Shown here piece by piece: positions 34,991-44,441 of a stretch of DNA of 64,000 bases. Under the pieces are notes generated by a model that was given only the letters and a program-made list of their open reading frames with translations, searched no databases and had not been told where the DNA came from. Each line of letters begins with the position of its first letter. The stretch's first letter is position 1. The stretch lies in assembly GCA_040880585.1 (NCBI GenBank), contig JBBDID010000061.1, forward strand, positions 95-64,094, read 5' to 3'. This stretch comes from Crocinitomicaceae bacterium. GTDB lineage: Bacteria; Bacteroidota; Bacteroidia; Flavobacteriales_D; Crocinitomicaceae. A program made the translations under genes and the position numbers.

Positions 34991-37533
34991 AAGAAAGGAG
35001 GCTGATTGAGTTCCAGTTTGATGTCCTGAAACATGGAAGCCTTGATGTTTACCCGAAAAAGAAAAGTAAAGTTTTGTTGCTCCCAGGGACCGTATTGCGC
35101 AAACTGAAGAACGGCTTCCCAGCAATGTAAGTCTCGCCAAACTTCAAAACTATAGGTAGAGATTAAGTTTTTGTATGGTTTTTCTGTATCTTGCTGATAC
35201 GCTTCATTGAATTGTTGTAAATCAGCATTTACCAAATAAGTAAATTTCCATTTTTTATTGATGCTGAAATCCCCATTAACTCTCATTGTTTGAACCAAAT
35301 TAAAATCGGGATCAGTAACCAGAGATTTAAGATTTCGGACATAGTTCAGGTTATAAGAAACATTTAACTGCCAGGGAATTTCAAAATTGACTTTGTTGGG
35401 GTTAGTCACTTGTTCATTTAAGGTGGCATTATTGGCGGTGACATTATTCAACTCTTGTTGTTTTTTACGACCGGTTCGGTTGGTGAAATTTGCATTCACC
35501 ACTACTTTTGCTGTTTTTAAGTTCCCCAATCCTTGATTGTTTCCAATGGCATACTCCTTTTTTGCGTAGCCTAAAGTGTCTAACCTATAAGGAGAAAATG
35601 ATGCAGAAGACTGAAAACTGAAAATTTTCAAAAACTTAGCAGTTCTGAACTGCATACTGATGTCTGACATATTCATAGAGTCTTTAAAAATGTCGTAGTT
35701 TCCTCCTATTGAAAAGGCGTCTACCAGATTAAAAGATTTATCGGACAGATTAACGGTGTCCTTCATATCACGCGTTTTCATTTTTAAGGTGTTCATCAAA
35801 TTAAAAGTGATGATGCCGGCTTGAGATTTGCGCCCCTCGGTATAAAGACTTTTGCTGAAAGAAGAAAGATATTGTTCTTCTCCCGTTGAATCGATTTGAA
35901 CCAATTGATGAGAACCGAGGTCAGGTGAATAACTAAAAGACAGGCTGGGGGATGCGACATGTTTGAAACGAGTTCCTTTTTCACCTTTCCACTTAAAAAT
36001 CCCATAAAAATTTCCCGCCAATCCTCCGTTGAAACGCAGATTTCTATGGCTTCCAAAACCAGTAACTGCTAAAGTATCAATTTTCTGATTTTGAGGATCC
36101 CATTGGTAATTTTCATATTGGAAATTCCATGATTCATTGTAATTGACAGAGGGAGTAAAAGTCATTCTTCCACCGGCTAATTTAAGGTTGGAGTTTAAGG
36201 TGATGTTATGCGCGATCCCGTTTATTGCGTAGTCTCCGATTTGCTGATAATCCTGTAAGTTGAAAATGCTGTCAGGGGCAGCGATAAAATTCTTTGATTT
36301 TAAGCCGTATTGGACGTTGACTTCTTCATACCATTTGCTTCCTATCTTATTTTTTCGAAGTACACCCAAATCAAACCGGCTGATCGTAAAGTTTACTTCC
36401 GGAAGGTTTATGGTGTATTGCTGTTGTAATGAACTTTGCTGTAAACTCGCTTTGATGGATGCATTTCCATTAAATCTTCCCGCATTCCAACGTTTGTCTA
36501 AAGAAATGGCAGAGTTGAATTGATTGGTGAAATAATCAGGATTGATGGTTTCCAAACTTGATTTACCGTTGTTATCTGATTGGAAATTGATATTCCCGGA
36601 AAAGTTCATGCTGGGATGAGCCTTAGGGTCTTGTGTGTGCGTCCATCTTACAGTTGCTTTGTTCTGTAAGGTGGTATCGTAAAATTGACCCCTAAACTGT
36701 TCAAATTTGAGGTTGACGGATCCCCGGTGTTTATATTTTTTCATATAATTGGTGGTGTTACCAATTCCAAACCGCCCGGTGGTAAAAACAGTTGCGTTAA
36801 ATTGGGTTTCCCAATAATCTCCCAGGGGGATGTAGTAACCAAAATCTTGTAAACCAAATCCATAACGAGAAGAGGTAGAGAAACTGGGAAGAATGATTCC
36901 GTGTTTCTTGCTTTTGGAATTAGGGAAAAATGCAAAAGGTGCCGCCAGAGGTGTCGGGATATTGAATATTTTCATGAAAACCGGACCGGTAACCACTCGT
37001 TTATCGGGAACAATGATCGCCTTGGTTAATTTAAAATGATAATGTGGTGTATCGTTTTCGCAAGTTGTAAATTTTCCATCCTTCAAGTGGATGTACTCAT
37101 TGGGATGAAGTTTTGACTCTCCCATGTGAATATAGCCCTCGTCTTGTTGTGCTCTTACCTCTTTGATATAAGCCTTCTTGGTATCGAAATTGTATTTGAT
37201 ATAGTCACATCTCGATTCTTCTCCATCTGCTTTGAAAAAGGGTTTTCCTATTGCGTTTCCCAGGCTGTCAGTGCTGTAAGTGGCGGTAACTTCATTGTTG
37301 TTGATATTGATTTGAATGTAGTCTGCTGTTAACTCTATATTATCATAGTTGACAATGGCCTCACCATATAATGTAACGATTTGCTCAGGAACATTAGCTA
37401 CGATAGAATCCCTTGCTTCATAGGTGACAGCTTGATCCAGACCACCTTGAGCATAAGCTGCTTCTGTGGTGAAAAAGAAGTTTATCAACATCAAAAAATT
37501 GATAACTAGCGATATTTTAATAGACAAACGCAA
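34987..37533 (-). CDS. lptD: LptD-like outer-membrane LPS-assembly beta-barrel protein
   Basis: 848 aa with a signal peptide. The N-terminal OstA-like segment (VTLYGEAIVNYDNIELTADYIQIN) is followed by a long region of alternating beta-strands. Confidence 0.65.
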   Translation of the reverse strand: MRLSIKISLVINFLMLINFFFTTEAAYAQGGLDQAVTYEARDSIVANVPEQIVTLYGEAIVNYDNIELTADYIQININNNEVTATYSTDSLGNAIGKPFFKADGEESRCDYIKYNFDTKKAYIKEVRAQQDEGYIHMGESKLHPNEYIHLKDGKFTTCENDTPHYHFKLTKAIIVPDKRVVTGPVFMKIFNIPTPLAAPFAFFPNSKSKKHGIILPSFSTSSRYGFGLQDFGYYIPLGDYWETQFNATVFTTGRFGIGNTTNYMKKYKHRGSVNLKFEQFRGQFYDTTLQNKATVRWTHTQDPKAHPSMNFSGNINFQSDNNGKSSLETINPDYFTNQFNSAISLDKRWNAGRFNGNASIKASLQQSSLQQQYTINLPEVNFTISRFDLGVLRKNKIGSKWYEEVNVQYGLKSKNFIAAPDSIFNLQDYQQIGDYAINGIAHNITLNSNLKLAGGRMTFTPSVNYNESWNFQYENYQWDPQNQKIDTLAVTGFGSHRNLRFNGGLAGNFYGIFKWKGEKGTRFKHVASPSLSFSYSPDLGSHQLVQIDSTGEEQYLSSFSKSLYTEGRKSQAGIITFNLMNTLKMKTRDMKDTVNLSDKSFNLVDAFSIGGNYDIFKDSMNMSDISMQFRTAKFLKIFSFQSSASFSPYRLDTLGYAKKEYAIGNNQGLGNLKTAKVVVNANFTNRTGRKKQQELNNVTANNATLNEQVTNPNKVNFEIPWQLNVSYNLNYVRNLKSLVTDPDFNLVQTMRVNGDFSINKKWKFTYLVNADLQQFNEAYQQDTEKPYKNLISTYSFEVWRDLHCWEAVLQFAQYGPWEQQNFTFLFRVNIKASMFQDIKLELNQPPFF

Positions 37534-37543
37534 CTTTTGGTCT

Positions 37544-37551
37544 TAACTTTG
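37544..37551 (+). promoter_or_regulatory. Putative -7 box (TAACTTTG) for the amidase gene
   Basis: Matches TAnnTTTG 45 nt upstream of the ATG at 37596. Confidence 0.3.
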
Positions 37552-37574
37552 TTATAGTTTGTGTGAAAAAAGCA

Positions 37575-37582
37575 CAAAACTA
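37575..37582 (-). promoter_or_regulatory. Putative -7 box (TAGTTTTG on minus strand) for the lptD-like gene
   Basis: Matches TAnnTTTG 42 nt upstream of the ATG at 37533. Confidence 0.3.
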
Positions 37583-37595
37583 AAACATTTATCAG

Positions 37596-38714
37596 ATGAT
37601 GATAATGCATATAAACATTTTGAAAGCAATTATATTGCTTGGTCTTCTTAATTTTTCCATCACTATATACGGACAGACAAGTGAATTGGTGGGGGGAATT
37701 AAAACCGTAGTAATTGATCCCGGGCATGGAGGGAAGGATCCCGGATGTCATGGAGCACACTCCAATGAAAAGACCATTGCTTTGGCAATAGGCCTTAAGT
37801 TGGGAGAGTTCATTGAAACTACATTTCCCGAAGTAAATGTAATTTATACCCGAAAAACTGATGTTTTTGTTGAATTGGATGAGCGCGCACAAATCGCAAA
37901 CAGAAACAAAGCAGACCTTTTTATTTGTATCCATGCGAATGCCGGCCCTTCAAATGCATACGGAGCAGAAACCTACGTTTTGGGATTGCACCGAACCGAA
38001 GCGCAAGAGAAAGTGGCGCAAAGAGAAAATGCGGCGATACAGTTTGAAAAGGATGCCGGTGCAAGTTATGAGACATTAACTGCTGATCAAATTATTGCCC
38101 GACAATTACAACTGAGCGCATTTTTGGATCACAGTATAAATTTTGCCGCAAAATTGCAACATCAGTTTAAAGGGATTGGTAGACATGACAGAGGGGTAAG
38201 ACAAGCCGGATTTCTTGTGCTTTACAAAACCACCATGCCAAGTGTACTCATAGAAACAGGTTTCTTGACCAATAAAAATGAAGAAAACTTTTTAGCATCC
38301 TCAGAGTCTCAAACAAAAATGGCCAATTCTATTTTTACTGCCTTTAAAGAATTTAAGGCAGAATTTGAGGGAACTGATAGGTCTGTAGACGCGACCTTAA
38401 ATGGAATAGACACCGCTTTTTTTGGTCTGCCGGATTCTCTGTTAAATGATCAGAAAGTTGTTTTTCGGGTACAGATTGAAACGTCTACTACACCCCTGGA
38501 CACAAAAAGTGATCGGTTTCAAAGTATGCCTGTCTGGCAATATGAAAGTGGAGGGCTTCACAAATATACAGTGGGCTTGTTTACTGAAATTGAACCTGCT
38601 AATCGATTAAAAAAAGAACTGAGAGAAAAAGGTTTTGAGCATGCATTTGTAGTTGCATTTCTTGCCAATGAACGCATTGATCTCGATAAGGCAATAAAGT
38701 TGGCTTCAAATTGA
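37596..38714 (+). CDS. N-acetylmuramoyl-L-alanine amidase (Amidase_3) with C-terminal SPOR domain
   Basis: VVIDPGHGGKDPG, ADLFICIHANA and ETGFLTN motifs. The C-terminal VVFRVQI...YTVGLF...GFEHAFVVAF is SPOR-like. Confidence 0.85.
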   Translation: MMIMHINILKAIILLGLLNFSITIYGQTSELVGGIKTVVIDPGHGGKDPGCHGAHSNEKTIALAIGLKLGEFIETTFPEVNVIYTRKTDVFVELDERAQIANRNKADLFICIHANAGPSNAYGAETYVLGLHRTEAQEKVAQRENAAIQFEKDAGASYETLTADQIIARQLQLSAFLDHSINFAAKLQHQFKGIGRHDRGVRQAGFLVLYKTTMPSVLIETGFLTNKNEENFLASSESQTKMANSIFTAFKEFKAEFEGTDRSVDATLNGIDTAFFGLPDSLLNDQKVVFRVQIETSTTPLDTKSDRFQSMPVWQYESGGLHKYTVGLFTEIEPANRLKKELREKGFEHAFVVAFLANERIDLDKAIKLASN

Positions 38715-38776
38715 TGTCTTCCAAAGATTTTACCTTATTTTAGCACTTTGTATAACCAGATTAAGTAATCTCCTTC

Positions 38777-39838
38777 ATGAGAGTTTCTAAAGAATTTAAA
38801 GTTGGGCTTCTTGTCGTTTTAGGATTATTACTCCTTTTCATGGGGATGAACTTTCTTAAAGGAGGAGGTATTTTTACTAAATCCCGTGAGTTCTATGCTG
38901 AATTTCCAAACTCAGCCGGATTAAAACCCTCTAATGAGGTGCAACTGAATGGCGTTAAGGTAGGGCAAGTAATCGCCATAGATTTGAAAGAGAATGACGC
39001 CTCCAGAGTTATCATTCGCTTCAATATTCAAAATGACGAATTAATGATTCCCAGGAATTCAGAAATTTGGTTGATCAGTTCTGATATTTTAGGTACAAAA
39101 GCATTGGATTTAAGAATTATGGCAGATTCTGTGAAGAAAGGTGAACTCACATATTATGAGGATGGAGATCAAATTAAAGTGGCACGTATGGAGATGACTT
39201 TAGAAGATCAGATCAATCAGGAAATTTTACCCTTGAAAAAAAAGACGGAAGAATTGATCGGTTCAGTTGAGCAAATAATAGTTTCAGTAAATGCTTTTTG
39301 GGATACTTCTGCAGCTTATACCATAGATGAAAGTCTTTATGAAGTAAGGGATGCAATTCAAACTTTTGGAGAATTGGCCAATAACCTGTCTATTTTGATT
39401 TCGAATGAAACGGAGCAAGTTGATGTGATTTTAAATGATGTCCATAAGATCACTGAAAACCTCTCCAACAAATCAGAAGAAATTTCAAATATTATTGACA
39501 ATTTTTCATCCATATCGGATACACTTGCTGATTCAGACCTAAAAGCAGTAATCACAGAAGCAGAAGCCACACTGACGGAACTTAACGGAGTTTTAAGCAA
39601 AGTGAATCAGGGAGAAGGAACTCTGGGGAAACTCTTGCACACCGACAGCCTACATAATGAATTAATAAAAACCAACCAATCACTGCGTAATTTACTTGAT
39701 GATTTTGATGAAAACCCCAACAAGTTTGTTCATTTCTCTCTTTTCGGTCGAAAAGTGAAGGGGTATCAAACAACCAATGAGCGCGAGGAGGTATTGGATG
39801 AATTGTTGGATTCCCTACAGTCGAATCCACCAAATTAA
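38777..39838 (+). CDS. MlaD/MCE-family protein with long C-terminal helical region
   Basis: N-terminal TM, then an MCE-like beta domain (VQLNGVKVGQV), then an extended coiled region. Confidence 0.75.
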   Translation: MRVSKEFKVGLLVVLGLLLLFMGMNFLKGGGIFTKSREFYAEFPNSAGLKPSNEVQLNGVKVGQVIAIDLKENDASRVIIRFNIQNDELMIPRNSEIWLISSDILGTKALDLRIMADSVKKGELTYYEDGDQIKVARMEMTLEDQINQEILPLKKKTEELIGSVEQIIVSVNAFWDTSAAYTIDESLYEVRDAIQTFGELANNLSILISNETEQVDVILNDVHKITENLSNKSEEISNIIDNFSSISDTLADSDLKAVITEAEATLTELNGVLSKVNQGEGTLGKLLHTDSLHNELIKTNQSLRNLLDDFDENPNKFVHFSLFGRKVKGYQTTNEREEVLDELLDSLQSNPPN

Positions 39839-39870
39839 GGTCAAGAGTTATAATACGGTAAAAGAATCGA

Positions 39871-41208
39871 ATGGAAATAAGTAGCATTGTATTCATTATC
39901 ATCTTAATCGGATCTACTGCATTTTTTGCTCACAAAGTCAGGCAGATTATACAAAACATTAAGCTGGGGACTAAGGTAGATCGGACTGACAAGAAGGCTG
40001 AACGTTTCAAAACAATGGTTCGCGTGGCCCTGGGTCAATCAAAAATGGTGGTTCGCCCGATTGCCGGTTTTTTTCACATCATCATTTACGTCGCATTTGT
40101 CATCACTCAAATTGAACTAATTGAGATAGTTATTGATGGTGCATCCGGTTCTCACCGTATTTTAGCAGATCCCCTGGGAAATTTTTATATCTTCATAATA
40201 AGTACCATAGAGATTCTCTCTTTACTGGCACTGATCGCTACTTTTGTGTTTTTAGCAAGGAGAAATTTACTCAAGATTCCGCGTTTCAAAAAAAGTGAGA
40301 TGAATGGTTGGCCAACTTTAGATGGAAATATCATTCTCTATCTGGAGGCCTTACTTGTACTGTCTATCTTTGCTATGAATGGGGCAGATGAAGTATTGCG
40401 TTTAAGAGGAGAAAGCCACTTGGCAGGATCAGGAAGTTATGGTTTTGCTTTGAGCTCATATATCGGTCCTGCTTTATTCGGTGGATTAGAAACAGAGGGT
40501 TTACACCTGATTGAGCGAATAGGCTGGTGGGCACATATCGGAACGGTTTTGGCTTTTTTGTGTTATCTTCCTTTTTCAAAACATTTACATATTCTCTGGG
40601 CATTTCCCAATGTCTACTTCTCCAATTTAAATCCAAAAGGGCGCTTTACCAATATGGAGTCAGTTACCAAAGAAGTAAAGTTGATGATGGATCCAAATGC
40701 AGATCCTTATGCTGCACCTGCTGTTGATGAAAATGCAACGCCTCAACGATTTGGAGCAAAAGATGTACAGGATTTGAAATGGGTTCATATTATGAATGCT
40801 TATTCATGTACAGAATGTGGGCGTTGTACGGCTGAATGCCCTGCAAACATTACCGGTAAAAAATTATCCCCCAGAAAAATCATGATGGATGTTCGTGACA
40901 GGGCAGAAGAAGTAGGGAAAAATATCCGTAAAAAAGGTAAAGATTTTGAGGATGGAAAGTCTCTGATAGGAGAAGAATATATCACAGAAGAAGAACTTTG
41001 GGCCTGCACAACTTGTAATGCTTGTGTACAAGCATGTCCGGTCAATATTGATCCATTGGCAATTATTGTGGATTTGCGAAGATATCTGGTGATGGAAGAG
41101 TCAAAAATTCCTTCAGAATTAGTCACCATGAATACGAATATTGAGAACAATCAGGCTCCCTGGCAATTTTCTCCTGCTGATCGCTTAAAATGGAAAGATG
41201 AAGCATAA
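39871..41208 (+). CDS. Membrane-anchored 4Fe-4S dicluster (Fe-S)-binding oxidoreductase subunit
   Basis: Five or six N-terminal TM helices plus two CxxCxxCxxxCP motifs (CTECGRCTAECP, CTTCNACVQACP). Confidence 0.8.
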   Translation: MEISSIVFIIILIGSTAFFAHKVRQIIQNIKLGTKVDRTDKKAERFKTMVRVALGQSKMVVRPIAGFFHIIIYVAFVITQIELIEIVIDGASGSHRILADPLGNFYIFIISTIEILSLLALIATFVFLARRNLLKIPRFKKSEMNGWPTLDGNIILYLEALLVLSIFAMNGADEVLRLRGESHLAGSGSYGFALSSYIGPALFGGLETEGLHLIERIGWWAHIGTVLAFLCYLPFSKHLHILWAFPNVYFSNLNPKGRFTNMESVTKEVKLMMDPNADPYAAPAVDENATPQRFGAKDVQDLKWVHIMNAYSCTECGRCTAECPANITGKKLSPRKIMMDVRDRAEEVGKNIRKKGKDFEDGKSLIGEEYITEEELWACTTCNACVQACPVNIDPLAIIVDLRRYLVMEESKIPSELVTMNTNIENNQAPWQFSPADRLKWKDEA

Positions 41209-41617
41209 ATTAGTACAAACAAAAGAAAATGGCGAGAACATTTCTCCTATTTTACCTGAAGAGGTGAAGAACTATTTGATTGATATTGACGGAACCATTT
41301 GTGATGATATTCCCAATGAAGAACCGGAGCGCATGGCTACTGCTGAACTGTACCCGGATGCCTTGCTCACGATCAACAAATGGTATGATGAAGGACATGT
41401 GATCACCTTTTTTACATCAAGAATTGAAGACCACCGTGAAGTAACGGAAAAATGGCTGAGTAAACATGGGTTTAAGTATCATGGGTTGCTGATGGGGAAA
41501 CCAAGGGGAGGGAATTATCATTGGATCGATAATCACATTGTAAGAGCTACCCGCTATTTGGGCAAGTTTACTGATTTGGTTGATTCCACTGAAAATATTC
41601 AAGTTTTTAAAAAGTAA
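41198..41617 (+). CDS. HAD-superfamily phosphatase-like protein
   Basis: 139 aa with HAD motif I DIDGT, motif II FFTSR, and a Lys/Asp pair (GKP...WIDN). The start overlaps the upstream gene by 11 nt and the stop lies 3 nt before the next start. Confidence 0.6.
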   Translation: MKHKLVQTKENGENISPILPEEVKNYLIDIDGTICDDIPNEEPERMATAELYPDALLTINKWYDEGHVITFFTSRIEDHREVTEKWLSKHGFKYHGLLMGKPRGGNYHWIDNHIVRATRYLGKFTDLVDSTENIQVFKK

Positions 41618-41620
41618 GAG

Positions 41621-42409
41621 ATGAGCGAATTGAAAGTTCCTACAATGGCAGAAATGATGGCGTCAGGTGAAAAACCGGATGTGCTTTTTTGGGTAGGCTG
41701 TGCCGGAAGTTTTGATGATAGGGCTAAAAAGATAACCAAAGCACTGGTCAAAATCCTCAATAAATGTGAGGTTAAATTTGCTGTATTAGGTACTGAAGAA
41801 TCATGCACCGGTGATCCGGCAAAACGTGCAGGAAACGAATTTTTGTTCCAAATGCAGGCCATGATGAATATCCAGGTATTAGACGGATATGAAGTAAAGA
41901 AGATAGTCACTGCCTGCCCGCATTGTTTTAATACACTGAAAAACGAATACCCTGAATTGGGAGGGAATTATGAAGTGATCCATCACACCCAATTGATAGA
42001 GAGCCTTTTTAAAGAAGGAAAACTTTCTGTGGAAGGTGGCGCATTTAAAGGAAAAAAAATCACTTTTCATGACCCTTGCTATTTAGGACGCGCAAATGAT
42101 GTTTACGAAGCGCCACGTGAGATACTTCAAAAATTAGATGCCGAACTTTCTGAGATGAAGCGGTGTAAATCAAGAGGACTTTGTTGTGGTGCGGGAGGTG
42201 CTCAAATGTGGAAAGAAGCAGAAAAAGGAGATAAAGAAGTAAATATAGAACGTACCGAAGAGGCTTTAGGTACAAACCCTAATATAATTGCAACCGCATG
42301 TCCTTTTTGTAACACCATGATGACAGATGGCGTCAAAAATTTTGATCAGGAAAATAATGTAAAAGTATTGGATATAGCGGAGATGATCGCTTCGGCATCA
42401 GATTTGTAA
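41621..42409 (+). CDS. Cysteine-rich CCG-domain (heterodisulfide-reductase/GlpC-like) (Fe-S)-binding subunit
   Basis: Two CCG-type motifs (CPHCFNTL...HDPCYLGR and CCGAGG...ACPFCNTM). Confidence 0.8.
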   Translation: MSELKVPTMAEMMASGEKPDVLFWVGCAGSFDDRAKKITKALVKILNKCEVKFAVLGTEESCTGDPAKRAGNEFLFQMQAMMNIQVLDGYEVKKIVTACPHCFNTLKNEYPELGGNYEVIHHTQLIESLFKEGKLSVEGGAFKGKKITFHDPCYLGRANDVYEAPREILQKLDAELSEMKRCKSRGLCCGAGGAQMWKEAEKGDKEVNIERTEEALGTNPNIIATACPFCNTMMTDGVKNFDQENNVKVLDIAEMIASASDL

Positions 42410-42437
42410 GGGAGAGAATGAACTTAAAAACAACTCC

Positions 42438-43484
42438 ATGAAAAGAATAGTACAATTTGTTTTACCTGCATTGGTTTTATTTATTTTATCCTGCAAGGAT
42501 AGGGTGTATCTTACAGTTGCCGAACCTCCGGCCGTTTATTTGGAAGAAGAATATGAAGCCGCAGGGGTAATTAATAGAACCTATTCCAGTGGAGCATCAA
42601 AAGTCGTTGATGTGATAGATAACGCATTAACCTTTGAAGGAAATTTGGATCACGAAGGATCAAAAGCCGCAGTTCAGGGAGCGTTTGATGAGTTGTCTGT
42701 CAATCCAAGGTTTAAGCGAGTAGTGCTGTTGGATAGCATGACGGTGAAAAATGGGGGAATGGATGTTTTTCCTGCACAACTTACCTGGGATGAAGTGGAG
42801 CAAATTTGTAGGGACAATAACGTACAGGTTTTATTTGTGTTGGAAGTGTTTGATACAGACACAAAAATCAATTATTCTACTCAAACGGTGAATCAAAACA
42901 CGCCTTTAGGAACTGTTCCCTTACTCAGACATACCGCCACCATGAATACTCGTATTAAAACAGGTTGGCGAATTTATGACCCTGCCAATAAATGGTTGCG
43001 GGATGAATTTTGGCTTTCTGATCGTTTACGCACAACGGGATCCGGAATTAATCCAGCAAAAGCCGCTTCAACTTTGATGAGAAGAGGGCAGGCAGTGCGT
43101 CAAATCAGTAATCAGGTGGGTAGATTTTACGCCGGAAGAGTAATGAATCAGTATTTCAGGGTATGGAGAAATTATTTTGATGGAGGAAGTAAAACATTGA
43201 GGATAGCCGGCAGAAGAGCAGAAGTAAACAATTGGGATGGTGCTGCAGAATTATGGTTAAGAGAAACTGAAAATCCAAAAAGAAAAATAGCGGGAAGAGC
43301 CTGTCACAATATGGCGATTTATGCTGAGATACAAGGCGATATATACGGAGCTGTGGAATGGGCACAAAAAGCCTACGCCGACTATAGAATAAAAGAGTCT
43401 GAAGATTACGCCCGCATACTCAGAGACCGCGTACGACGCTGGGAACAAAATCAGAATCGAAAAGAACAGGACCATATCGATTAA
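42438..43484 (+). CDS. Hypothetical lipoprotein with C-terminal TPR-like helices
   Basis: 348 aa with a lipobox (FILSC) and no catalytic motif. Confidence 0.55.
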   Translation: MKRIVQFVLPALVLFILSCKDRVYLTVAEPPAVYLEEEYEAAGVINRTYSSGASKVVDVIDNALTFEGNLDHEGSKAAVQGAFDELSVNPRFKRVVLLDSMTVKNGGMDVFPAQLTWDEVEQICRDNNVQVLFVLEVFDTDTKINYSTQTVNQNTPLGTVPLLRHTATMNTRIKTGWRIYDPANKWLRDEFWLSDRLRTTGSGINPAKAASTLMRRGQAVRQISNQVGRFYAGRVMNQYFRVWRNYFDGGSKTLRIAGRRAEVNNWDGAAELWLRETENPKRKIAGRACHNMAIYAEIQGDIYGAVEWAQKAYADYRIKESEDYARILRDRVRRWEQNQNRKEQDHID

Positions 43485-43490
43485 AACTAT

Positions 43491-44441
43491 ATGTCAAAAA
43501 AACTCACGGAGATTTTAAATATTGAGCATCCCATTATTATGGCGCCTATGTTTTTGGTCACCAACGCAAAAATGATGATTGCTGCCGGAAATAATGGAAT
43601 AGCCGGTGCTGTCCCCGCTTTAAATTATCGTACAGATGAAGATTTTAGAGCGGCAATAGATGAGATTAGAGCAAATACAGACGGGCCGATTGGAATCAAT
43701 CTGATTGTGAATAAATCCAATCCCAAAATGCCTAAGCAGCTAGAAACTTGCATAGAGAAGAAAGTAGATTTTATCATTACTTCTTTAGGTAGCCCTAAAT
43801 CGGTGATTGAAAAATGTAAACCGGCCGGCATCAAAGTTTTTTGTGATGTGGTAGATTTGGCCTATGCAAAAAAAGTAGAAAAATTAGGGGCAGATGCTGT
43901 TATTGCGGTGAATAGCAATGCAGGAGGGCATGCCGGTCCGCTTCCGCCGGAAGAATTAATTCCCCTTCTCAACAAAAATTGTTCTATTCCCATCATTTCT
44001 GCCGGAGGGGTAGGTAATTATGAGGGTTTACAAAAAGTATTAGCGCTAGGTGCAGCCGGCGCCTCTATCGGAAGTATATTTATTGCCTCAGAAGAATCAG
44101 ATGTCTCAGAAGAGTACAAACAGGCTTGTGTAGATTACGGAAAAGAAGATGTTGTGATGAGTACGAAGATATCAGGAACTCCCTGTACGGTGATTAACAC
44201 CCCTTATGTACAGAAAATAGGCACTAAACAAAATTGGTTTGAGCGTTTGTTATCCAAAAATAAGCGATTGAAAAAATGGGTGAAGATGCTCACTTTTGTA
44301 AGGGGAATGAAAGCATTAGAAAAATCAGCATTTAGTGCCACTTATAAAACCGTGTGGTGTGCAGGTCCCACGATTGAAAATACTAAAAAAATCAGATCGA
44401 TCAAGGAAATTGTAGAAAGCCTTGTAAAGCCGGTGAATTAA
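43491..44441 (+). CDS. Nitronate monooxygenase / FabK-like FMN oxidoreductase family protein
   Basis: IEHPIIMAPM, GPIGINLI and AGGHAGP motifs typical of the NMO (2-nitropropane dioxygenase) family. Confidence 0.75.
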   Translation: MSKKLTEILNIEHPIIMAPMFLVTNAKMMIAAGNNGIAGAVPALNYRTDEDFRAAIDEIRANTDGPIGINLIVNKSNPKMPKQLETCIEKKVDFIITSLGSPKSVIEKCKPAGIKVFCDVVDLAYAKKVEKLGADAVIAVNSNAGGHAGPLPPEELIPLLNKNCSIPIISAGGVGNYEGLQKVLALGAAGASIGSIFIASEESDVSEEYKQACVDYGKEDVVMSTKISGTPCTVINTPYVQKIGTKQNWFERLLSKNKRLKKWVKMLTFVRGMKALEKSAFSATYKTVWCAGPTIENTKKIRSIKEIVESLVKPVN

